Source of the DNA: Somniosus microcephalus | Taxonomy: Eukaryota | NCBI GenBank assembly: GCA_052327205.1 | Contig: CM126205.1 | Span: 241,676,001-241,740,000, forward strand | Direction of reading: 5' to 3' | Length of the DNA: 64,000 nucleotides | In this document: piece by piece, positions 42,401 to 54,400 of the stretch | Layout of the letters: each line of letters starts with the position of its first letter | How positions within the stretch are numbered: position 1 is the stretch's first letter | Program-made: the position numbers and the translations under genes | Notes under the pieces: model-generated | The model's input: only the letters and a program-made list of their open reading frames with translations | What the model was told of the DNA's origin: nothing | The model's database searches: none

Positions 42401-45400
42401 ATTTATAATACCATAATAATTGGAGGGTAGGAGCATATTGTCTTAGGTTTGTAAAACATGAAGGCAGCTCTGGCCAGTACTTTCTTCTTCCAATGACTGC
42501 AATGGTATTGCATGGGGAGCTTGCACTTGCACAAGCACAAGGGGCCAAATGGCCTCCTGTACGGGAATTTCTATGATTCTAGGTGCATACGCAAAAGTCA
42601 CCATACACTGAAAACAGGCACTTTCCATCCATTGCTCAGTGGTAGCAAATGTATGGATGTGTTCCAGTACAGTTTTCTTTATTGCCAAAGAAATAATAAC
42701 AGCATTCTCTCCGAATTGTTAATAATTGCTATGCATATTTGTCACGATGTCCTGGAAAGTTTTATTTAAAAAACCCTCATAGGTGAGATATTAAAAGTGA
42801 ATCCACGTCAGTTCTAGAAAGACACAAAGAGGAATACTGGAATTGTAAATATGTAATAAAAAGAAAATATTCAGCATAAATTTTACATCAGTAGACTTGC
42901 TAGCATGCTTTGTAAATATTGTAGCATATTGGAGATTGCAATACAAGGTGTATTTCAGCCTTTTCACAGTTTATTATATATAATCTACATTTTTTTGCAT
43001 GGTTGGAACCAGGCTTCAGATATCTAAATTGATGCAGTAATATCCATTTTCAACCCTGTACAAATTTTTTTTTACTCTGCTTCCCAAGCAAACACATACA
43101 CTGACCTAAATATTTGGAGGAATCAGTTACTCTTGGAAAGGGAGAAGTCAGTGAGTGTGAATGTACTACCTCACCTCTTCCAAATGGTGCCTGCCAGAGG
43201 ACCGACCAATCAAACAATTCAGGGACTTTACTAAGCACACCTCAAAATTCCCATAGGCAAGCAAGAGACCACAAATGCATTTCAGACATCTACAGGCTCC
43301 CAAGCCTCATATTACTTCTCAACAACCCAACCGTAAGGAACCATGTCCTGCAACACTGTCACCCCACAATACCCACAGCTGGATAAAGAAATGAAAGCTT
43401 CTTGTACATTGTCAATACATAGGTGCTATTGGAGCTTTTTCACAGATTTATTATTTATAATTCATCCATTTTGTATGGTTGGAGTCAGGCTTCAGATATC
43501 TAAATTGATGCATTAATATCCACTTTCAACTCCCCAGCACCAAATGTAGATTGCCATTCATAGACCCTTAGAAGAGACTAGAGGAACCCCCATAGTTCTA
43601 ATGTTATCAGCTGGTGAAAAGCATATATCTTGCTCACAATATCCCACAATCACTATGAGTAGATTCAAAACCTGGCAGAAGAAAGGCATCACAAGGCTAG
43701 ATCATGTTTTCCACAAGGGTCAGATCATAAATGTTGAGTTAGCTGAAAAATTACACTTTGTTTCATTTAACTTGTTCCAATGCTTTCATATCTGGCATTT
43801 TCTCAAAGATGCAATGACACCGCACAGACTCAAATACTGATGTAGGGCTGCAGCTGCTCAACATCATGTACTTCAGTTATCTCTATGTGAACAGACAAAA
43901 TAAAAAGCATATCCTGCCAGACCTACTAGCACAGAACACAGCATCACTTACCCATTTAAAAAAAATATATATATATTTATATTGCTTTTTCCAAAAGCAG
44001 CTAGAATCTTTGGGCTTGGCTTCAATTACAGCTAATGTGGCTTAGGCCATCCACTAACTGAAGAGAAATGGGATGAAATATAAATTCAATCCCCCTATAA
44101 CCTCCACATATAGCAAATCAACTCAAAATCATACACCAAATATATCGCACTCTACACAAACTTTACCCCAACCTGATTGTTGAATTCAAGATCATCATTT
44201 GGGGTAAGGAAGAACTGCATTAAGCCACAAAGTATCATGTGCAATTCTCTGTTCAAACATTGCTGCTTTTTGATATTGGTGGCTTTGATACAACGTAGGT
44301 TCATGCAGCCTAAATTCAGACTCAGGATCTGACCTGAGTACAGAGCTAAGTGGAAGGAAACTTTCTGGAGGATGGAGTCTCGCTGCTCCTCTGTAGAGCC
44401 AGGTCAGACCCTATATCCAGATTTACATCACAGAATGGAAACTACATTGAGGCGAGGTCAACTTTGTAGTGTAAATGCGCCCTGAAATGCTTTGCCAGAA
44501 TATTAAATCTTCATTGTGATTTTTGTTGCTTTTAATGTCAAAAAAATGAATTACTGATGTTTCATTTTATGTACAGACTGTTCAATCATTGGTACGTTCA
44601 GCTTGTTTACTTCTGAGAAATTTGACATTGAAATACTAAAATTATGACATTTGAAATTCTTTTAACTTGTTCTGGTTTAGAAAAAGCTGTAGCAAAGAAA
44701 GTGGTTTCTCCACCACAGCTGGACAAGATCTTCTTCATTGAGAAACCAAAAAGTGTGAAAGTAGCAGAAAGTAAGTGCCCTGTGGAATATTTCCTCTCAC
44801 GTGTAATGTTTGTTAAAAAGAAACATTTCTGAAAGATGCAAAATATTTCAAAGCAAAAACGGCCAAATAATTACAATACTACGCCATCGATTGTCAGCTA
44901 GAGAGTGTTCGTTTGAATTTTAGACTGGAAGTAGATTCACACTTGAGCTTCTTGAGAAAAATAGTTTAATCACCTTTGTTGGGTCTTCAGGAAGGAAGAT
45001 AACACTTTAACAGGGTTCCATTACTGTGTTGTTTAAGCAGATCACCTAGCATGCTAACTAAAGAGTGGGAGCCATATCCCATTTCCCAATTAAAGAGGGC
45101 AGCAAAGAGTTAGGGCATAGATCTTTGGTGGGAGAAAATAGAGTAAAAGTTTTAAAGAGGTTATCATTGATCTTGATTATATTTTACATTCCAGAGGGTA
45201 TAGCAACATTTATTGCAAAGGTTGGTGGTGACCCAATTCCAAATGTTAAATGGATGAAAGGCAAATGGAGACAGTTGAACCATGGTGGCCGAGTTATTGT
45301 ACAACAAAAGGGACAAGAGGCCAAACTGGAAATCAAAGAAGTGGCAAAAACTGACTCTGGACAGTACAGATGCGTAGCATCTAACAAATTTGGTGAAATT

Positions 45401-48400
45401 GAAAGCAGTGCAAGCTTAGATATTGTGGAGAAGAAAGAAATTATTGTTGAAACAGACTTCAGAGCTAAACTGAAGAAGTAAGTATTTAAGATTAGGTAAG
45501 ATTGATAAAGTTTTGATTTGTAATATGAGTGAAAGTAGTGTTTTTCATTTTATAATTATTTCACCTGTTTACCAGAAAAAATAGTGAATGTTTATAAAGC
45601 TTAATGTAACTGAATCTTTTTCTTTAGTTTGGCAGCTTTGTTCTTGATTATTTATTCTATTTCATGTAGTGGGTGGAACAAAGTAATTAATTTTACAGTA
45701 ATGCGCCGTATTGATTTTAGTTTTGACCCATCCATTTATACATTTTATTTAATGTACATTTTATTTTAAATGCAGTAATAATGCATTAATATTGAATGCA
45801 TTATTTATTATTAATTGATATTTGCCATTTATTTTAAAAGAACACCTTCCAAGCAAAAGGAAGAAGAAATAGACAAGGATATTGACATTGTAGAACTTCT
45901 AAGGAATGTTGATCCTAAGGAATATGAAAAGTATGCCCGTATGTATGGAATTACTGATTTCCGTGGTCTTCTTCAAGCCATTGAACAACTGAAAGCCAGC
46001 AGAGGAGATGAAACTCACAGAGTGGTGAGTTACTTTATGATCATTTCTATGTATGCTAGAACCATAGAACATACTATAGTTTTTATGCAGAATAAAAATC
46101 TTTCATGATTATTATACTATGTTTTTTTGTCACTGCTTTTAACTCTTTGATGCTTTGTTAAGGAGTTGGAAGAGCATGAGCGAGGTGCTGAAGAAGATGA
46201 GTTTAATGAATTAATCCAGTATATCCAACAAAGAATAGAAAAGGTTGAGGTAAGATCTGCACTATAATAAAATAATAGTGACCTCAAGTTGTATTCCAGT
46301 CTAGTGTTTCACAGTGTTTTGTTTGAAATGAATATTTACAAAAACATTTGTCCTCTCTGCAGCCTATTGAATTAATCAAGAATATTGAAGACCAAATTGT
46401 ACGTACAAATGTAGATGCAGTGTTTGAATGTGCGATAAAGATAAACTATCCTGAAATCAAACTTTCCTGGTATAAAGGAACTGAAAAGTTGGAATCAAAT
46501 AGCAAGTATGAAATTAGCATTGATGGTGACATTCATCGCCTAAAGATCAAAGACTGTGCACTGCAAGATCAAGGCAACTTTCGCATTGTCTGTGGCCCAC
46601 ATATCTCTAGTGCTAAACTGACTGTTGTCGGTAAGTAGTATTTGCATTTTTAATTCTGAGTGTTGTTTCCATTTTTATTAACTCATCTAACTTATTTGCA
46701 TTTGTTTGTGTTCTCCAGAACCCATCGTTGAACAACACCTTGAAAATCTTTCCGGTAAGGAAGGTTATATTTGTATCATGGTTTGCCAGTTTTCCTTACC
46801 AGACCTGAAAACTGAGTGGTTTAAAAATGGCAGCAGGATCGAGGGACGAGGCAGATATTCCATAGATGTTGCGGATAAGTTGCAGAAAGTCACTATTAGT
46901 GACTTAAAACCAGAGGATCAAGGCCGATTTACTTGCAAGTATGAAGATCTTGAAACATCTGCTGATCTAATTGTTGAAGGTTTGTAGTTCTATCAAAAAG
47001 TCTTAACCTAGTTGTACTTTGCTGATTCGGTTTTGTATAAGTATTGTATTGCTTCTGCTCTTGTATGTTATAGCTCAACCAATTGAATTCACAAAGACAA
47101 TCCAGGATATTGTGGTGAATGAACATGAGTCAGCTGTATTTGAATGTGAAGTGTCCTTTGATGATGCCATTGTAACCTGGTTTAAAGATACAGTGGTGCT
47201 GAAAGAAAGTCCAAAATACAGCTTCAGAAGAGATGGGCGCCGACATTTTATGACTATCCATAATGTCACAACAGACGATGAAGGTGTGTTTAGTGTAGCC
47301 ATTAAACGTGTTCTTTTTATTACAGTAGTTATCTATCTGCAAATAAGACACTGGAGTTAATTTCTAGAGGAATAGAATTTCAAAAGCAGAGAAGTTATGT
47401 TAAACTTATATAGAACCTTGATTAGACCACACTTAGAGTACTGTGCTTATTTCTGGTCTTCATATTACAAAGCGAATATAGAGGCACTGGAGAAGGTACA
47501 AAAAAGATTTACAAAAATGATACAAGAACTGAGAGGTTATAAGTATAAGGAAAGGTTGAATAGTCTGAGGCTCTTTTCTCTAGAAAAGAGAAGGCTGAAA
47601 GGCAACCTGATAGAAGTCTTTAAAAATATGAAGGGATTCGATAGAATAGATGTAGAAAAGATGTTCCACTTGTGGGGAAGTCCAAATATAGGGGCCATAA
47701 ATATAAGAGTCACTAATAAATCCAATAAGGAATTCAGGAGAAACTTCTTTACTCAGAGAGCAGCTAGAATATGGAACTTGTTACCACATAGAGTAGTTGA
47801 GGCGAACAGCATAGATGTATTTAAGGGGAAGCTAAATAAGTACACGAGGGAGATAGGAATAGAAGGATATGTTGCTAGGGTTAGATGAAGTAAGGTGGGA
47901 GGAGGCTCGTGTGGAACATAAACACTGGCATAGACCTGTTGGGCTGAATGGCCATTTTCTGTGTTGTAAATGCTATGTAATACTATAATACTAATTTCAA
48001 ATAAAATAAAGGTAATTACAGGAGTATAAAATTGTATTTTTCAGGGGTTTATTCAGTTATTGCTCAACTTGAGCCAAGAGGTGAAGCTAAAAGTACTGCA
48101 GAACTTTATGTATCAAGCCAAGGTAGGTACATTAGAATTAATGCACCTTTTTAATGAAACTAAAACATTCTCTTTATTATTTTATTAATTTTCACTAATG
48201 CTAAAATCTATTCTTTACAGAAATCATCTTACAGCCCAGGAAACCTGGTGTGTAATCTGTTAAAAATCTCATATTCCAGTTCTTAAATTTTCATTAATAT
48301 TACAATAAAATATAAGCAGAACTAACTGTTTTCATCTCTTTTACTTAAAATATCAGAACTTTGTTGAGTAATACTAAACAGTGGCTGTATTAAATAACTT

Positions 48401-51400
48401 TTATTACAAATATTTTTAAAATAAGCTGGTATTTGTTTTTCCTTTTATTTTAACTTTAAAACAGTAAGCATGCACAAAATATGGTGGTGATCAATAATTT
48501 AAAAGCTGCCTCTAACATGACTGTTTGTCATTGATGTTAATATTCTTATTTACATTTTCTCAAAATGTAGGTCAGATTTTAAAATCTAAAATACTAGTTA
48601 GAAATTTAATTTCAATTCTTGCATTAAATTGTTCAATAAAATTGTGATAAAATGGGCCCTCAGGAAGAATGAAAGAACCAAAAATAATTATCACTCCTTT
48701 TGTACTCTTTAGATGTTCCTGATATTGGAATTCCAGTTGAAAAAATATCATTTACAGGTAAAAGAGCAGTTAGCTTCAGAATGTATTATCAAAGGGGTAT
48801 TGGTTTAAGTGGAGAATCTATGGATTTTATGTTTTTTCCAAAACCAAAATGTTAATTAAGTATTGCTTATTTGTTAAAACCACATTTTGGATTCATGTAC
48901 ACGTCTTTTAGCTGAATTTTTGAAGTTCCTTCGTGTCCTATAACTCTCTTTATGATAAGCTGTATAAACGCATCTTCCTTGAATTTGCTGGAATTATTTG
49001 TTATTTACATATTTTTTCCTCATCTCTATGTTATAGAAGAAGAATGGACAGAAGAAATAGGTAACATGCTTATATCCTTTCTGTTTTAATAAGTTAATGG
49101 AGGTTATTAAATCCTAAATATTCCAGCATTCTAAAACAGCATAATTAAAACATACTTTGGCTATGTAATTTCTTCATGTTATGCCAGTACCATGAAAACA
49201 AATTTAGATTTTCTGAAATTGTCTAGTCAACTGCACCTGAAAAGTTTCACAAGTGCCATTAAGAAGCATGGTTTTCCTCTATCAAAATGTGTATTAATGT
49301 TTATAGCAATGTTTTTATAAACAGCATGTTTGCATAATATGTATGCCTTTTATGAAAACATTTATACTGTCTATACTTGTATTCGGAAGTAATTTTTACT
49401 TTTGTGGGTGATGGAAAACTGGAGGTACTGGATCAGCCGCCCATTATACACCCCACACGATTTTCCTTTCCATTGACTTTAGTGGAAAGGAAAACCAGGC
49501 GAGTGTATAAAAAGTGACCAATCTGCTACTGCTGCTATTCCACCACCACCAAAATATTAAAATCAGCCTCTTAGATTGCAAGCAGGTGTTGGGAAAATTC
49601 TAGTTTTCCTGGGTTGTTTTCAGCGTATATTACACAGTGACACTGAAACAAACATTAGGCAAAAAAGCTACTCAAATGTCAAGAGTAGCTTTATTTGCAA
49701 CTAAAATAAACATTTAAAATACAAGTTTAAAAATGGTTTCAACATTACACCTTGTCTGTCCTTTTTGTCTTCCGGATTTTTCTTTTTTCCTATCTCTGTT
49801 CTCACTTCTTTTTAATTATTTAAATTATCTGTATATCTATCCAAGATCGCACTGTTTTCTGACCTTTTTTTCTTAAACAAGAATGACTTTTTCTTGCGTC
49901 TCTCATGTCCAAAGCCAGTTTTTTGAGCCAGTTGATGCCAAACAGAAATTAGTCTTTTGCCCAAAACAGGTACAAAGTGGGCGCTGTGCCTGCAATGCGA
50001 GCCTGAAGATGAAGGCCCGAGGCTCACCAGAATTTAGACTTCGGGCTTCATCAGCTACATAAAACCGGTGAGCTGCTGACGCCAATCAAGCATCCTAATG
50101 CAGCCCTGGAAAATTCAGCAGGCTCCAATGCAAATCTGGCCCTCATGTACACAAACTGACTTTGAAGAGTCATTAGGCAGGATTTTCATTGGGCTTTGGA
50201 GGCGAGTGAGGGGTTAAAATCGTGAAATCGAGGGACACGAACCCATCCCGCCCCCAACCCGCCTCCATGCCAGTTTCAAAGGAGGCGGATACCCGACCTG
50301 TGCTGGGAGCTGCCTCCCCGAGGTGGGAAGGGGATTAGTGCCAATTAACTGCCTGTTAACGGGCAGTTTTTGGCCTAATCCCTATTTTTATTCCTGAAGT
50401 GTGGGATTCCCGACGGCTCCAAACCACGCCAAGTTAGCGAGGCGGGTCGTCGGGCTGAAGGGCTTGGAAGGTTCGAGATGTCCGGTGTTCAGGTGAGTGA
50501 TGGGTGCATGAGTGCAGAGGTAAGTGTGTTTGGTGTCTGTAAAGTGTTAAAAGAAGTTTTACTTACCTTTACAGCCTTCCTTCCTTCAGGTCTCGGGAGT
50601 CCCTCATCTCACCAGCACAGAAAGCAGAATGGCCGCGAGCTGTCAAAAGTTGCAGTATTCAGCTTTCTGTTCTGGAGAGATCTCTAAATCAGCCTGAGAA
50701 GAAGGAATTAACTTAGTGTACAGATTGTCAGTGTTTGACAGCTTCAAAGAGCTGTCAAACGCTGATATTTCATCTGTCAAAAGCTCTTGACAGATGAAAT
50801 GTCAATCTGTGACGTCGCCTGTTGCTGGGTGGCCCTTAATTGGCCTGCTGAGCCCGCTGAGCAGGCTCAACAAGGTCAATCAAGTGAAAATCGAGTGGGT
50901 TGGCCACAATTCGATGGAGGCGGGACTACAACCTCAAAAGTTGTAGTCCCGCCTCCTACACGCCTCCAGTATCAAAATCCAGCCCATTGAATGTGACAGT
51001 GTAAGAGAGCTAAATTAGTTGAAATGAAAAGGTGTCTGAGTAAGCTTGGATTAATGACTGTATCTGTACAGGTATCTGTATCAGAATCACTCAATATTAA
51101 TTTAGTTCTCTTTCACAGCTCCCTGAAGTCAGTTCCCCAATTATGAAATCAGCACTCACTGTTATAACAAATATATTGTCAAAAAATCAATACAAATAGA
51201 AAAATTGAACAAAATGTCATTTTCATTGAAATTATTTTAATAAATTTAGAAATGTGTTTTATTTTGTAAAAGTATACTGTCTTGTCGCAAGTGTTATGTA
51301 TGAAATATACTCTGTTGCTAAGTGTAAACTAATGTAAGATAAATCTTTTAAAATCCCTGAAGCATGCAAGACAAGTGAAGACATTACTTACACGATTTTG

Positions 51401-54400
51401 GAGGAAGAGGAAATCAGTCATTGGAAAGGTACAGACGAAATTATGTTACCTTGATTAAATACCTAGCTGCTACTTATTGCCTAGGCTTACATAAGAAGAA
51501 TGAATATTTGGGTGAGATGTCAAAAAGCTGCTGGTGATCATGGAATTGTATCCAACATTAATCCAGCACTTTTAGGAGAAGACATACATTTATGCCCACT
51601 TCAGTGCTTTTTAAATGGTCAAATTTCACTGAAATAGGATTAGGACGTTATAGGCTTTCATTCAGATTTCTTAAATGCACTCTTTTTTTTAACTGAAGCA
51701 ATAGTGGTGTAAAACCAAAATGTTTTTTAAGTTTCTGAGGTTCCCGAGAAGACTACTGAACGTGTTCCTGTTGAAGAGGAAGTTTATATGAGAAAAGGTA
51801 CAAAAGTGAACAGAGCCCCTTGTGTTTTTTAACGAGTGTGATTTTTGTGGCCTGTCCTATTATCATTTTATTCTTTTAAAAATTTTGTCTTTAAATAATC
51901 CCTCCCTTGTAATTGTTCTTTTTCTTTTAAAAATGCTAATGATTTATTTCACCGTCTTTTTGTTTCTTGGTTTTCTCTTAACTGTTGTGTAAATTCAGGT
52001 CTCTTTGCATGTGTTTGTTTGTGTTGGTTCCCATCTTTTAGAAAAAGTTTATGTTTAATTGTGGAAGTCTGATTATAATCAATTAATTTGTACTTGATTA
52101 TTTTGTAATTAGTGTAAAAATTCAAGAAAATCTGCAATAGGTTACCTGAAAGAAAACCAAATTGCCCTTAAGATTTTCATAAAGAATTTAAAATTGAATA
52201 TATTTAAATTAGTTTAATATTTTATGTATTGAAACTAATTACTCTGCTTCTGAGACCTTTGGTAAGCATGTGGATTTTTGAAACTCAAGCTAAGTTGTCT
52301 AATTTTCTGTAGCACTTGTACGTATGTTTAGCATTTGTTGCCATTTGGCACTTCATTTGAATGTCTTTCGTTAGTAATTGTTTGTTGTGCTCCCAGATCA
52401 TGATCAAGCTTTTTTCTATATATTGCATAGTTTTTCCTGTATTTTCTTTGCACCTTTTCTTATACTTTTTTCCAAACGTAAAAATGTACAAGAAAAATAT
52501 GGAAACATCAACAGTACTATGGTAGTTTTTAAAATATTAAATACATTTCAACTACTAAGTGTATCCCAAACACTTAATAAACCTGTGATGTTATTGGACT
52601 TTAGCATGCAATTTACTGCATACTTTTAAAATCTGGAAACACGAGGTAACATTTGAAATTGGTAAGAACTCAAAAGGACATTTGTTTGATAGTTTTCTTG
52701 CTGTCTTTCCAATAACCAACCCATTTTCTTGTAAAATACAGGAATCTCTGTAGATGTGAGAGCACAGAATGTTTGTTAATATATTGTGTTAAATGTGTAT
52801 AAATGTCTTCTGTTAATTGGTGTGGTCTACAATAACAATAATATCTTTAAAGTGTCTGGAGTTGCCAGGGTAGCTGTACCTGAAAAAGTACCTGAACAAG
52901 CTGCTCCCTCTCAGATTCCTATTGTACAGGAGGCAGTTCCACAAAAAGGTACAAAGAGCTTGCAGTTTGTTTGCGACAAACTCCATGTATGTTCTGTGTT
53001 TCTTGTTAGTCTTCATTTTGATTTGCTCACAACAAATGCCAGCTTGTTGTATTTACCTTAGCTTATTCTTTATTTCTGTAGGGTTCTTTGAGATTTTATA
53101 TACTCGATCAATTATGTTTCAAACCTGGTTTGTTCTCATAATTGCTACTGTCTGTGTACACAGCTGTTACTGATATAATTTTTAATGTTCTGTGTAAAAG
53201 GTTTAAAATTGTAAAACCTTTGTTTTCTTATACTTTTTTGATCTAATTTAGAATTGTGTGTCTTTTAAAAATAATCCACATTGTACATGTGTCTAAATAA
53301 GTTTGGATCTGATCTCAGTCAGGAGCAATAATCTTTACATGGCATAAATTGCCACGAAAGTATCACCTCAAAAAGTTGTGTCACTAACTATTCCAAAAAA
53401 TTTAGAAGTGCTTTGTGGGGGGAAAAAAGCAATCAATGGCCGTAATTTTCTTAAGGTAGTGGGTTGAAGGCGGGGGCCTCCGAGGCAGGTGGGAAACCTG
53501 GGAGGCCGGATTTCCTGCAGGCCCCGCCGACTTTAAAGGCAGGGCCTGATTTGCATGTGATGCTTCTGATTCCTGCCCGCAGCCAGCCAGATTGAGAGGC
53601 TGGCTGGCTGCGGCGGGGGGGGGTAGGCTTCAGTTGCGGAGAGGGAGTGAGGGGTCGGTCCGGTCGGGGATCAGGGGGGTGGTCGGGGAATGGCAGAGGG
53701 GGATCGGGGAATGGCATAGGAGGATCAAGAATGGGGGAGTTGGGGAACGGCAGAGGAGGATTGGGGTTCGGGGGGGGATTCAGGGAATGGTAGAGGAGGA
53801 TTGGGGATCGCGGGGGAGGATTGGGGATCGGCGGGGGCGGTCAGGGATGGGGGCGTCGGGTATTGGCGGGTGGGGTTGGGGATGGCGGGGGGGGGGGGGG
53901 TCGGGGATTGGGGGTTGGCCAGAGGATCGGGAATGGGGGTGGTGCTGGGGATCGGGAGGGGGTGATTGGCGGGTCGGGAGTCAGCCGAGGATCAGGAATC
54001 GGCAGGGGGGTAGACAGGATCGGGGCCGGCCATTGGAGGATTGTGGCTGGCCTCAGCATCATCATGGGGGGGGGGTGGGGGGGCCTCGTTGTGGGTCTCC
54101 GATCACGGGGGGTGGGCTAGGTAGGGACCCTGGATCCAGGAGCTAGGTATAACGCTACTTACCTCCTCAGTTTAACTGTCAGGTTTCACGAATTGTGTGA
54201 AACCCGTCCACATGCAGTTAAATTAAAAATGGAGGTTAAAAAAGAGGCTTCCAGCCTCATTACAATATTTAAATTGATGTACAGCCCCTGGGAGCGGGTT
54301 AGTCACCCACCCCCTACCCGCCTCCGTTAAAACCGAAAGAGGGCGAGTTGGAGGCGGGATCAGGTCGGGAATCCAATTTTTAACATTTTAACTGCCCCCA

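Noticed and set aside
299-47351. Many minus-strand ORFs overlapping Ig exons
   Set aside because: Antisense shadows of the coding exons; no domain character, and they recur with the super-repeat
47397-47888. 163-aa ORF as a nested host gene
   Set aside because: 5'-truncated CR1 ORF2 C-terminus lacking the RT core
53592-54146. 184-aa Gly/Arg/Trp-rich ORF
   Set aside because: Translation of the G-tract array
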